NCBI GenBank assembly: GCA_964016885.1
Contig: OZ024743.1
Span: 290,842,001-290,906,000, forward strand
DNA length: 64,000 bases
Reading direction: 5' to 3'
DNA from: Eledone cirrhosa
Lineage: Eukaryota
Shown here piece after piece: positions 48,131 through 58,678 of this stretch; within the stretch, counting starts at the first letter, position 1, and every line of letters begins with the position of its first letter. The notes below the pieces were generated by a model. The model saw nothing but the letters and a program-made list of their open reading frames with translations, made no database searches and was not told the DNA's origin. The position numbers and the translations under genes are program-made.

Positions 48131-50359
48131 ATGGAATTCTTTAAGATTACTTCCTCTTTAAAAGACATACCTCTACCTAGAAACAAAGACTTTATTAAAC
48201 AATTAATAGATAAATCGGACTCTTTTATGAGGAGAATCAGGTGGCGTGCATTCCACTTTGATAAATCTAATATAAATGAAAATGTCTCGGACTTAGACAA
48301 AGTTTTCAAATCTAAAAAAAATCCACCCCCCAACAAACTTTTATTTGACTTTGAAAACGATATAATTTCTATCATACAAGAAGTCAAATTCAAGAGAAAC
48401 TTCAAAGGCCAGGAATATCTGAAAGGCATTAAGGATAATATTGAGAGCTTAGAGAAAACTGAGAAGATCTTGGTGAAATCTGACAAGACCAACAACCTCT
48501 ATGGAGTGCAAAAAGACATGTATAATGGCCTCATACTGAAAGAACTGAGGAAAAAGTACAAGGTAGCAGATAAGGCCGAGCTTGAGAAAATGAATGTTGA
48601 GGCATCTTGTATAATGCATGAGTTGGAAATTGAGAACAGAACACAACCTTTCGTGCCCAGGAAACCGAAGATCAATATGAAAGATCACAAAAGAAATTTT
48701 GAAAATGACCTGCCAGTCAGATTGATTGCACCATCAAAATCTGACCTGGGTAAACTAAGCAAAAACATTCTAGACAGGGTGATACAGCAAATTAAAAACT
48801 TGATTTGTTTACCTAACTTGAGCTTGTGGAAGGGAACTGGAGAGGTTATTGAGTGGTTTAAAGAAATTAAATATAACAATAATAATAAATTTATTCAACT
48901 AGATATTGCTAACTATTATTCATCTATTTCCCCTAATCTACTAAATAAGGCACAAAATTACGCATTCAAACATACAGACCTAACTAGCAATGAAATGCAC
49001 ATTATATTATCGGCTAGGAAAACGTTGATAGAATTTAATGACCAACTATGGACCAGAGCAGATAGAGATAACAATTTTGACATTACTATGGGATCATCCG
49101 ACTCAGCTCAGGTAACTGACCTTGTGGGCCTATTTATAATCAATTCGCTGCATAGGAAAATACCCGGTGCTACCGGAGGTTTATATAGAGATGACATGCT
49201 TTTACTTATTGAAAATAATAACTCTGAACTAAATAGAAAAAGAAAACAAATTACACAATTTTTTAATTACTTTAATCTAAAAATAGAAATTGAGAATAAC
49301 CATAGAATAGTCAATTTCCTAGATGTAACATTAAATCTCAACACATGTCTTCACTATCCATTTCACAAGTTGAATGAAAACTTAAACTATGTCAGTTTTA
49401 ACTCTAACCACCCCAGATCTGTTAAAAATACTATAGTGAACTCTGTTCAAAAACGTATCTCTAGAATCTCATCTAATAAAAAGATTTTCGACGAAAAAGC
49501 CCAGTATTACAATGAAGCGTTAGCTAGAGCAGGATATAGTGATAAAATTATGTACATAGATAATAATAGACAAACTAACCAAAATAACAACAATTTTAAT
49601 TACGGCAACAACTTTAACAACTATAATAGAAAGCATTACAATAATTCCAAAAGCCAAAAAAGAAATAGAACTAGGAATATAATTTGGTTTGCCCCCCCCC
49701 CCCCCTTCTCACTAAACATTAAAACCCACATCGCTAAACTATTTTTTAATGCTCTTGATAATCGCTTCCCTAGAACACATAGGTATCACTCAATTTTCAA
49801 TAGACATACTATAAAATTAACTTACTCATCCACCAAAAATTTAGCACTAAATATTAATAGAATAAATAATAGGAATTTAAAACCTAGCCAAAATACCGAT
49901 AATAGCATAAATAATATCCAAGTAAACAAATGTAACTGTAGAGATAGATCTAAATGTCCGTTAAATAACAATTGCTTAGTTAAAAATATAATATACAACT
50001 GTAATGTTAAAACGGACTTAAATTCTTTTAACTATGTTGGTTCCACCTCGACAGAATTTAAACTTCGCTATAATAACCATAAGAATTCTTTCACAGATCC
50101 AAGCAAAATATCTTCAACATCACTATCAGGCTTACTCTGGCAACTTAAGCATGATGACGTTGGATATTCGACGGCTTGGAATATAGTCTCAAGAGGGATT
50201 CCTTTTAATTCATCCTGTGAGACATGTGACCTCTGCGCGGAGGAGATATTCTTTATACTAAAATCTAAAAATTCCCTTAATTTACGGACAAATTTATTCA
50301 GTTGCTGCAGACATAGACTGAACTCAACTTTTAAATATAAATATAAATTTAAAATGTAG
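48131..50359 (+). CDS. PLE D intact RT plus GIY-YIG endonuclease (742 aa)
   Basis: Motifs RRIRWRAFHF, VKSDKTNN, MKDHK, VRLIAP, ITMGSSDSA, GLYRDDML, NFLDVTL and CNCR..CPL..CL..NIIY.C...YVG...FK.RY.NH. Confidence 0.93.
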   Translation: MEFFKITSSLKDIPLPRNKDFIKQLIDKSDSFMRRIRWRAFHFDKSNINENVSDLDKVFKSKKNPPPNKLLFDFENDIISIIQEVKFKRNFKGQEYLKGIKDNIESLEKTEKILVKSDKTNNLYGVQKDMYNGLILKELRKKYKVADKAELEKMNVEASCIMHELEIENRTQPFVPRKPKINMKDHKRNFENDLPVRLIAPSKSDLGKLSKNILDRVIQQIKNLICLPNLSLWKGTGEVIEWFKEIKYNNNNKFIQLDIANYYSSISPNLLNKAQNYAFKHTDLTSNEMHIILSARKTLIEFNDQLWTRADRDNNFDITMGSSDSAQVTDLVGLFIINSLHRKIPGATGGLYRDDMLLLIENNNSELNRKRKQITQFFNYFNLKIEIENNHRIVNFLDVTLNLNTCLHYPFHKLNENLNYVSFNSNHPRSVKNTIVNSVQKRISRISSNKKIFDEKAQYYNEALARAGYSDKIMYIDNNRQTNQNNNNFNYGNNFNNYNRKHYNNSKSQKRNRTRNIIWFAPPPPFSLNIKTHIAKLFFNALDNRFPRTHRYHSIFNRHTIKLTYSSTKNLALNINRINNRNLKPSQNTDNSINNIQVNKCNCRDRSKCPLNNNCLVKNIIYNCNVKTDLNSFNYVGSTSTEFKLRYNNHKNSFTDPSKISSTSLSGLLWQLKHDDVGYSTAWNIVSRGIPFNSSCETCDLCAEEIFFILKSKNSLNLRTNLFSCCRHRLNSTFKYKYKFKM

Positions 50360-51490
50360 TATATTTACTTATGATTTATAATTATTTATGAAACTCGCCG
50401 ATAAATCTTTCGATTTCTTTTTTTTTTTTTTTTTTTTTTAAACATTCTTCATGAATAATTAAACTACCCTAAAAGCTGATGCTCCAAATATATCGAATAA
50501 ATTTTACACTAGATAAACTTCTATAATAAATATAAGACCATCTGTAGATCAAATGGGTATCCTAAACTTTTGGAATGATTTCTGCTAGACAGGATTTGGT
50601 AAATAATTTTGGTTTTGTTTGCTTTTGATTCTGATGCTTATAATGAACTTGGCAATATATTGTCAATTAATTTTGAAGGGTTGATCTCTGTGGTTGATTT
50701 GCGGGGCATACTGTGTTTTATTTTTAATATTTTTTTATTTTTTGATATTTTTATTGATATATTGATATCTGTTGTCTATTTATGCTTGAACGATAATCAT
50801 GTAGAGTAAAGACAAGAATAGTATTGTTAAAATTAATGTAGATTCTATATATATTTGTGTGTATGTACACATATATGTATACTAGAATTTTTATAGCACA
50901 ATGAGAATGTTTTCATGTGAAATAGGAATTTGCAGAGTTGATCACGTAAATTCACATGGAAGTCTATAGTATCGAATCTGGGATAACCTTCTATTTTCTT
51001 TTTCTTTTTCTTTTTTTCTTTTTCTTTTTTCATGAAAGTGCATATATACTTATGTATTTCCATTTTTTTTAGAAGTTTTTTATCTCAGTATTTTATCATT
51101 TTTTTTATCTCAGTTTTTTATCTCAGTTCTGATATAAACCTAGGAATTTTAAACTAGACATATGATCATTATTTTTCACACATTATTGATACGTGTCTCA
51201 TTCATGAATACTGATATTTACATTATAATACCTAATTCATACGAATTGATATTTTTACATTGATGAAACATAATGTTTTAAATCTGCCTCGTTTATCTCT
51301 GGATATTTTTCTTTTCTCTCTATGTAACGGCTGTTTTCTCTCCTAACCACATATATCTCTCTCTACCTTAATACTAGAACTAAATAAATAAATAAATAAA
51401 TAAATATATCATTGATACGTCATTCAACTGGTGCCCAACTACCTATTTTCTTTCTCTCTATCTATATCTATATCTATCTTTCTCTATTTT

Positions 51491-51522
<32 letters not shown>

Positions 51523-51692
51523 ATCTATCTCTCTCTGTTTAGTTGCATGCATTTCTTATTTTTCTTCGCTTTTTTTCTTTCTTTCTTTTTATAACTGTCC
51601 CTAACATTTTTCACTACCAAATCAACTTTTTAAATGGAAGTTGAAGTTGTAAGGTATGTCAAATCTATCTATTTATAAGACTGTTTCTATTG

Positions 51693-51758
51693 TATTTTGT
51701 CTGAAGAAGGCATACCATATTTTTAATATGATATCCCTGAAATATATATAATGAAATA
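51693..51758 (+). ncRNA. Type I hammerhead with extended stem II (PLE D, 3' pLTR)
   Basis: uauuuugu-CUGAAGA-agg...cauauu uuu aauaug...ccu-GAAA-u auau a-UA-augaaaua. Stem I is 8 bp including wobble pairs. Confidence 0.72.
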
Positions 51759-51798
51759 AATATGGTTTTATAAATATAGTTTCCATTTATTTAATATC

Positions 51799-51873
<75 letters not shown>

Positions 51874-52077
51874 AGTCGTATGGAAGCCCCGACAATGCAA
51901 ATGGGTAAATCTCCGAGTAACAAGGTCCGGTGGTGGTGAGAGAGATGTAAGTGGGTGTACGTTGAGATGCGTAGTGTGTATAAGATGTGTGAGATGTGTA
52001 GAATGAAGGGAAGAGTATAAAGGATAAAATAAAGATAGCAACACAAGAGAGAGTTACCTTGGGAGAGATTTAATAGT

Positions 52078-52113
52078 CCCTATATATTTCGGATTCACAT
52101 CCATCAACTGGGG
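52078..52113 (-). ncRNA. Hammerhead-shaped motif with variant core CAGUUGA (PLE E pLTR)
   Basis: ccc-CAGUUGA-u ggau guga aucc-GAAA-u au a-UA-ggg. Confidence 0.55.
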
Positions 52114-52463
52114 TTTTTTTCCGGGGTGGGGGAAAAGGTTGTCTGTCGGACAAGTCCGGAACGCGTCCTTCGCTGTTCGTCGTTTTGAATATCTGAGGGA
52201 TTAGCAGAGCGCGCGTGCGCGTGAAATGGGGTCGATCGTACAGAAGTCAGCGGCCGAATGAGGGAGTGGGATGGCGCTAGCTGTCAGTCCATTCTCTGCC
52301 TGTTTGTTAAATGTTACTGTGTGTGTGTGTGCGTGTGTTGTTGCCTTGTTCCTCTGTATTGGCAGTTTAGTATGTTCGTATGGTGGAATGCTACTGTGTG
52401 TGTGTGTGTGTGCGTGTGTGTGTGTGTGTGCGTGTGTTGTGTGTTGTTGCATCGCTTGTTAAC

Positions 52464-53888
52464 TTAAACCAGCCATCTCATTTCGCTTCTCTCTGATCGG
52501 TTGTTTATTTGCGGTTGCAGTCGTTTGATAAAAAGCGCTTCCTTGATACGTAACGTGCCGACGTTTCTTTCAGTCGCTAGAATTGTGACAATGGGCCTTC
52601 CGTCATTGTTTCCGCATTTGTCTATGTGTTTCCGGAAAGACGAGGCCCTGTTTTTAATGTGTTCCTTGATCCGGATGTGCAAAGGTCGAATTGTGCTACC
52701 TATGTAGTATTGCTTGCACCTGTCACATTCTATCTTATACACGACGTATGTGCGTAGGCAACAGTTCGCATGGCGTATCGGGCAGTCTCTGAGGGAGCAT
52801 GCGTCAGTAGATTTTTCGGGTTTCCTGGAGAGGCATCTTCGTAGGGACGGGCCCGAGCGGGCCAGGTGGATGTCGAGGCTCTCCCTCCGTATAGCCTTGC
52901 GGATAGCGTTGGTGGTTTTTTCGCCCAGGTGTGGCATTTTAAGGAAGCACTTGCCTTGGGTGCCTCTCTGTCTCTTGCGTCTGGTGTTTCCTATTCTGTC
53001 TGTGATTGAGGTAGGGTACCCGTTCGTCTCCAGCACCTCGAGGAATCGCTTGGTATGAGTGACACCACTCGCGGGATCGCTGCATCTGTTTTTGATTCGC
53101 GCGATCTCGTTCGTGATGTATCCTCTTTTGGCACTGTTAGGGAGGGCGGACTTGTAGTGAACGAATAGGTCCCTGCAGGCTGCCTTTCGGTAGAAGTTGC
53201 AGTGGATCCTTCCCTGTTCCGTGATGTTGATTCGGAAGTCGAGGAGGGCAAGTGACCCGTCTTTGTTGGGGTGTTCATCACTGAAGTCAATGTTCTCGTC
53301 CGTGTTGTTGAACGTCTCATAGATTCTGTTCGCCGTGTCTTTGGAAGATGTGAGGATGAGGATATCGTCCACGTACCTTGAGAAAAAGGCTACGGCGTTG
53401 GGGTGGCAGGTGTTGAGTGCCTTGCGTTCGAGGTTGTCCATGTAAGAGATCGCTAGCACACCTGATAGATTTGATCCCATAGGCAATCCCGAGGTTTGTT
53501 GGTATATTTGGTCAAGGAATCCGAAATAGGTTTTGTCGACGACGATGGATAGGAGTTGGTGGATGTCAGTGGTGGTGAGCCCGTAGCAGTGTAGGTCGGT
53601 GGATTGGACGCGTTCCATTAGTATATTGACGGCCGGGAGTGCCGGGACCGAGGTGTAGAGAGCGACTACATCAAGGCTGAAGGCATATCTGTTATTCCTT
53701 CTGGTGTCGGGATCCATTTGATGCAGGCGCTTCAACACCTCCTCGGAGCTGTTAACGTGTCCCGGCAAGGTGTCTAAGATGGGTTTAAGTATTGTGGCTA
53801 GGAGCCATGACATTTTGTAGAGTGGTCCCTCTATGCTCGATACGATGGGTCTGATTTTCAGGTCGGGCCCCTGTTTGTGTGTTTTCAC
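52464..53888 (-). CDS. PLE E RT plus GIY-YIG (partial; coding homology continues to ~54060)
   Basis: Motifs KIRPIVSS, SLDVVALYTSVP, GLPMGS.LS, RYVDD and VVYKIEC..C...YIGST.R.L..RIKEH. Confidence 0.9.
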   Translation of the reverse strand: MKTHKQGPDLKIRPIVSSIEGPLYKMSWLLATILKPILDTLPGHVNSSEEVLKRLHQMDPDTRRNNRYAFSLDVVALYTSVPALPAVNILMERVQSTDLHCYGLTTTDIHQLLSIVVDKTYFGFLDQIYQQTSGLPMGSNLSGVLAISYMDNLERKALNTCHPNAVAFFSRYVDDILILTSSKDTANRIYETFNNTDENIDFSDEHPNKDGSLALLDFRINITEQGRIHCNFYRKAACRDLFVHYKSALPNSAKRGYITNEIARIKNRCSDPASGVTHTKRFLEVLETNGYPTSITDRIGNTRRKRQRGTQGKCFLKMPHLGEKTTNAIRKAIRRESLDIHLARSGPSLRRCLSRKPEKSTDACSLRDCPIRHANCCLRTYVVYKIECDRCKQYYIGSTIRPLHIRIKEHIKNRASSFRKHIDKCGNNDGRPIVTILATERNVGTLRIKEALFIKRLQPQINNRSERSEMRWLV

Positions 53889-54177
53889 GAGGCGGTAGAA
53901 GGCGGGTAGTCTGCTGTTACTCGTGAAGAGGTTGTATCTCAGCTTCTTCGGGAGTTTCCGCCGGTCGCAGATGTTGGTCCAGGCGGAGTTGATGTGTTCT
54001 TCTATCTGCGCGGGAGTGATTCCCGTGACCTTGGAGTAGAGGTTGTCATCGTCAAGGTTGTCACCACCGGACCTTGTTACCCAGAGATTTACCCATTTGC
54101 ATTGTCGAGGCTTCCAAACGACTTAAAGATATTTACTTATTGTTCCACAATGCTTCAAGCAAACTTCAATACTCTCT

Positions 54178-54212
<35 letters not shown>

Positions 54213-54218
54213 ACACAT

Positions 54219-54291
<73 letters not shown>

Positions 54292-54380
54292 AAAAGTTAT
54301 GAAACGAAAGAAGCTGTGTGGTTATTAAAAACAAGGTTTAGGGTGGTGGTTAGGACGGAACAGGAGGAGATAGGAAGAAA

Positions 54381-54460
54381 GCAGTTTCCGTCGTCAGCTG
54401 TAAATGTATCCCGAACCGATGTTTCGGCGCTGAATTACAGGACATCGGTGTAGTTCGGGT
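54381..54460 (-). ncRNA. Candidate rearranged (pseudoknotted) hammerhead
   Basis: Minus-strand order: cccgaa..ccgaugU-C-cuguaa, then gcgcc-GAA-Acaucgg-uucggg, then uuacag-CUGACGA-cgg. All core nucleotides are canonical but the strand order is non-nested. Confidence 0.5.
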
Positions 54461-54610
54461 GCGCCCGAGGCCTTTTATTAATGAAAAGGCCAGGTGGAAA
54501 AGGAGAGAAAAAGAGAGAGAACAAAAGGAGGGAGAAAAGGAAAGAGAGGGAAAGGAGGAAAACAGGGGGGGGGAGATATATATATATATATACATAAGCA
54601 TATATATATA

Positions 54611-54659
<49 letters not shown>

Positions 54660-54970
54660 TGGTAAACGGAAAAGAAAATGCTGACAAATTGTTCCCAGTG
54701 AAAAATAGTTTAATTAGGAATAAGTAAAAATTAGTAATAGTATTGGTTAGTATTCAGTTTTGGTTGTAAGTTTTACCGGTTGCGCATTAGAGCAAATATC
54801 AAGGGCGCTCTATCTCAAAATTATTTTTGAAAAGCATTGGAAATGCGCAACCGGTAAAACTTAAAACCAAAACTGAATACTAACCAATACTATTACTAAT
54901 TTTTACTTGTTCCTAATTAAACTATTTTTCACTGGGAACAATTTGTCAGCATTTTCTTTTCTGTTTACCA
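54660..54970. mobile_element. Foldback pLTR fragment (arms 54660-54788 and 54842-54970)
   Basis: Near-perfect inverted repeat of ~129 bp next to (AT)n. Confidence 0.88.
54824..54859 (+). ncRNA. Hammerhead motif, U3-A8 variant with an A13C change
   Basis: uuu-UUGAAAA-gcauu gga aaugc-GCAA-c cg g-UA-aaa. Confidence 0.55.
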
Positions 54971-55037
54971 ATATATCATGACTCGTGTGTTACACCTCTA
55001 TTCTTTTAAATATATATATATATATATATATATTTGT

Positions 55038-55176
55038 TGAAAACAAAAGGAAAAGAATGACTTCACTTGTAGTGTTTAAACATTCTTGAATTAATTTTAT
55101 AATTATATAATATTAAAAAATTAAATCAAAAATGTTTTTACAGTACAAGTGAAGTCATTCTTTTCCTTTTTTTCAA
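55038..55176. repeat. Imperfect ~70 bp-arm hairpin next to (AT)n
   Basis: aaaaggaaaagaatgacttcacttgta and tacaagtgaagtcattcttttcctttt. Confidence 0.8.
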
Positions 55177-55210
55177 ATATACCTAACTGTAGAAAGGATC
55201 TCGCACATTT

Positions 55211-55244
<34 letters not shown>

Positions 55245-55247
<3 letters not shown>

Positions 55248-55817
55248 TTAGAAACACACAGATACATGCGGACACACACATATACATGAATGCATCCACA
55301 CCCAACCGTGAGTTAAGGGTGCCAACCTCACCGATGTTGCTCAATGAATGACTGGGACAGACCAATCCGGTTGAACTAGACTAAACCAGTATCAGAGTTA
55401 AAAATACATTATGAAGAGAGAAGAAACATTTAGAAATAATTAGTAATAAAATGTATCATACCTAAACTGCTCCTAGATTCCTCCAATACGTAGTTTCGTG
55501 GCATAAACAAAAACAATACATCATAAAGGAATAGAGTTCCTGCGAGGTCTGCCGACTTATCAAGAGGATACCTCATTTTACTAGTCTCAAGAACGCGTCT
55601 ACACGACGTGAGAAAGAATCCCAAAAGGCGGAGGGGTGATAGTCACGCGATATAACGGTCGAGAAACAGAGCTAAGCCTCTATTAACCCCAATGAAAATA
55701 CGACAGAGGCGGAGGGGGTATTTATATCGAAGCCGTAGAAGAGGTGGTGAAGGAGGCGAGAAGTATGAGTAATGGCAGCCTTCCAGCAGCCACCACACTT
55801 CAAAGATTACTCAACCA
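55245..55817 (-). mobile_element. Diverged copy of the 36265-37260 non-coding family
   Basis: Colinear similarity including tacattatgaagagagaagaaacatt, gaggtctgccgacttatcaagaggata and gccgtagaagaggtgg. Confidence 0.8.
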
Positions 55818-55964
55818 TACATATATGTATATGCACGTATCAGTTTAGCGGACGCTTATTATAACGCCGCTTTGTTCGTTTGTAAACAAACTGAACAGCC
55901 TGAATGTTATGCCGTACGGTGTTAAGGTAACCACGTCAACTTTTTGTTCAACACTGACACAGGA

Positions 55965-56007
55965 ACGATGTACTAGTTTCAAGCTTGTTAGCTATCATCA
56001 GCACCGT
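55965..56007 (-). ncRNA. Canonical minimal type I hammerhead (inverted arm)
   Basis: Exact reverse complement of 56481-56523. Confidence 0.8.
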
Positions 56008-56166
56008 ATACCCATCTGCCAGATAGTTGAACGTTCGAAAGTATATACTTTCCTCATGAAAATTAACGGCTGAGCAGCCTAATTTGCATATCGAGTGAGA
56101 TATGTCGGTCAGGCATAACGAGAACGATAAGTTGAAACGTTACGTGCATATATGTATGTGTACCTA

Positions 56167-56244
<78 letters not shown>

Positions 56245-56480
56245 TGCTACTCTACGTCTGTATACATATATGTATGTACGTATACACACATACTTACATT
56301 TAAGGAAGTGCCGTACTAAGAGTGAGAAATGAAATTTCGTTTTCATTTTATTTCAACTTATTGTTCTCGGTATGCCTGACCGACATGACTCACTCGATAT
56401 GCAAATTAGGCTGCTCAGCCGTTAATTTTCATGAGGAAAGTATATACTTTCGAACGTTCAACTATCTGGCAGATGGGTAT

Positions 56481-56523
56481 ACGGTGCTGATGATAGCTAA
56501 CAAGCTTGAAACTAGTACATCGT
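56481..56523 (+). ncRNA. Canonical minimal type I hammerhead
   Basis: acggug-CUGAUGA-u agcu aaca agcu u-GAAA-c ua g-UA-caucgu, with palindromic ACUAGU in stem III. Confidence 0.82.
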
Positions 56524-56674
56524 TCCCGTGTCAGTGTTGAACAAAAAGGTGACGTGGTTGCCTTAACACCGTACGGCATAACATTCAGGCTGTTCAGTTT
56601 GTTTACAAACGAACAAAGCGGCGTTATAATAAGCGTCCGCTAAACTGATACGTGCATATATGTATGTGTACCTG

Positions 56675-56772
<98 letters not shown>

Positions 56773-56837
56773 TGCTACTGTACGTCTGTATACATATATG
56801 TATGTACGTATACACACATACTTTCATTTTATTTCAA

Positions 56838-56874
<37 letters not shown>

Positions 56875-56893
56875 GCGTATGTGTGTATTTATG

Positions 56894-56946
<53 letters not shown>

Positions 56947-57071
56947 TAGGAATAATAATAAATTCGAAGAGTAAAATCCAAAGAGGGCTCGATAAGGATA
57001 AATATATATCAAATATATAAGAACCGTAGAGCAAATATTTATTAAAATAATATATTAAAGTTTAACCAAAG

Positions 57072-57109
57072 AATCGCTGCTTTCACCCTTAACGGGATCT
57101 TCTGAGACT
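57072..57109 (-). ncRNA. Degenerate hammerhead-like motif, core CAGAAGA
   Basis: agucu-CAGAAGA-u ccc guuaa ggg u-GAAA-gcagc-gauu. The cleavage triplet is unclear. Confidence 0.35.
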
Positions 57110-58046
57110 AACAAAGTCAATCTGTAAACGCAGAAGTGGATATTTCAAAAACCGTTGCATCCGGAGGAAGACAGGAAGACGATACTTTGGTTCGTGTAAA
57201 CGTTCGCTGGCAAAGAACTGGAAAAAACGAATATAATACGTCATTAATAGGAGCGGGGAAAAACAATTACGCGCAAAGACAAAACCACGTTTATGGTATA
57301 AAATAGGTCGTAGACTAATGTTCTCTTAGGTGGTGCATAGAGACGTTATCTGGCAATGAACGGAAAAAACGAAGATAATACGTCATATGTGGATCGTGGA
57401 GAACAATAGCAGGCAAAGACAAAATAACGTAAATGGTATAGCAGAAGTCGTAGACTAAAATTCTAACAAGGAGACCGAATGAATCTTCGCTACAGAGTTA
57501 AGAACAAAGTAAATAAATACAATACAGGAGTAATAGAAATAAATAAATACATACACGCAAACAAATACGTACATACACAATCATACGCAAAACACTTGCC
57601 ATAGGTATACAAAACCACGCACATATAAATATGTGTGTGTGTGTATGCGTGTATACTAATAAATACATAATTATATAAACGTATATAAATAAATAAATAC
57701 GTATATAACAAGCGCACACACATACCTACATGTAAAAACACGAATGTTCGGAGACGTAAGTCAACCAATACAAGAAGTACACATATACACACACCCTACA
57801 TACGTTCGAACCTTCATACTCACACAGACGCAAAACTCCCGTATACACATAGCCAAACCATATGTACAAGAATATATAAAACTATACGCCATAACATAAA
57901 CAATCAAATATACGTAGGAGAAGGATTACGTACCTTCACAAAACATACGGGTAAAATATACTTACCTATGCAAATAAGTAATGGTATAAACAAAACATAT
58001 ACTTAGCTACCACATCAAGACGTAAAATATCCACGTATAAATCGTA

Positions 58047-58656
58047 CTATCCGTTAGGGTATAACGTGGGGCTGTAATACAGTAAAGGTTTGTGCAATTT
58101 ATGTTTACAAGCCGAAATTGTCTTAAATTTTTTGTTTAAGATGTGGTCTGTGACGTAGAGTATTTGCAGGGCCTCAGCGGCGCAGAGGTCACATGATCTT
58201 TTATTTCCGTTATACGATCTAGCCCTAGCTAGGATATCCCAGTGTAACTTATATTGGGTGTGGTTGTCTTTTAGACTCCAGATATAAGCTGAAAGGGACG
58301 TCATATTCTTTCTAAAAGGGTAACGAAAATAATGGGCATTCATGTAAAGATGCTGCTTGAATCTATTGGCGGTTAACCCTATGTAAGCCCTACGGGACGT
58401 GGGTGTTACAACCTTACATTTGTAGACAATGTTACTAGAGAGGCATTTCCCGGATAGGGGGCAATCAACCCGATTCCTACAATTACAGTTAGTACTAATT
58501 ACAGGGTTGCACGTGTTCCTACGGCTAGGTAGTTTAGCTAAATTTGAAGCTGTGATGTTATGTGCAAGAAATGTTAACAGTATTTCTATGAAAAATGTTA
58601 CTATATTTATGTGTAGGGGGAAAATGCTTCGTAATAAGGGAAAGAAAGATCTTAGC
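58047..58656 (-). pseudogene. Inverted PLE F GIY-YIG domain
   Basis: CNCRNRVDCPLSGKCLSSNIVYKC...AYIGLTANRFK...SCDLCAAE. Confidence 0.88.
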
Positions 58657-58678
58657 ACTCTACTGACTTATATTCATC

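Larger units (their letters stand above)
47909..51800 (+). mobile_element. PLE D: full-length Penelope-like element (YRDD-type RT, probably Naiad-like) with direct partial pLTRs
   Basis: 47909-47994 is repeated at 51715-51800. The ORF is intact, the 3' non-coding region is ~1.4 kb, and (AT)n lies on both sides. Confidence 0.93.
51871..54178 (-). mobile_element. PLE E: 5'-truncated Penelope-like element with a short inverted terminus
   Basis: Minus-strand RT-EN ORF. 54062-54127 is the reverse complement of ~51870-51935. (AT)n on both flanks. Confidence 0.9.
55820..56840 (+). mobile_element. Retrozyme-like non-autonomous element: partial tandem ~510 bp unit plus inverted arm
   Basis: ~55825-56137 is the reverse complement of ~56351-56660. 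56141-56300 is repeated at 56649-56828. It carries a canonical hammerhead and no credible ORF. Confidence 0.8.

Noticed and set aside
48131-50359. Selenocysteine recoding, as reported for some Naiad PLEs
   Set aside because: The PLE D ORF has no in-frame TGA. The TGA in PLE G (~63635) aligns with a Trp of PLE C and lies in a multiply disrupted copy.
52464-54060. Higher GC content of PLE E and of the RTE at 41780-43505 as evidence of horizontal transfer
   Set aside because: Composition alone is not diagnostic because TE families differ intrinsically. A phylogeny would be needed.
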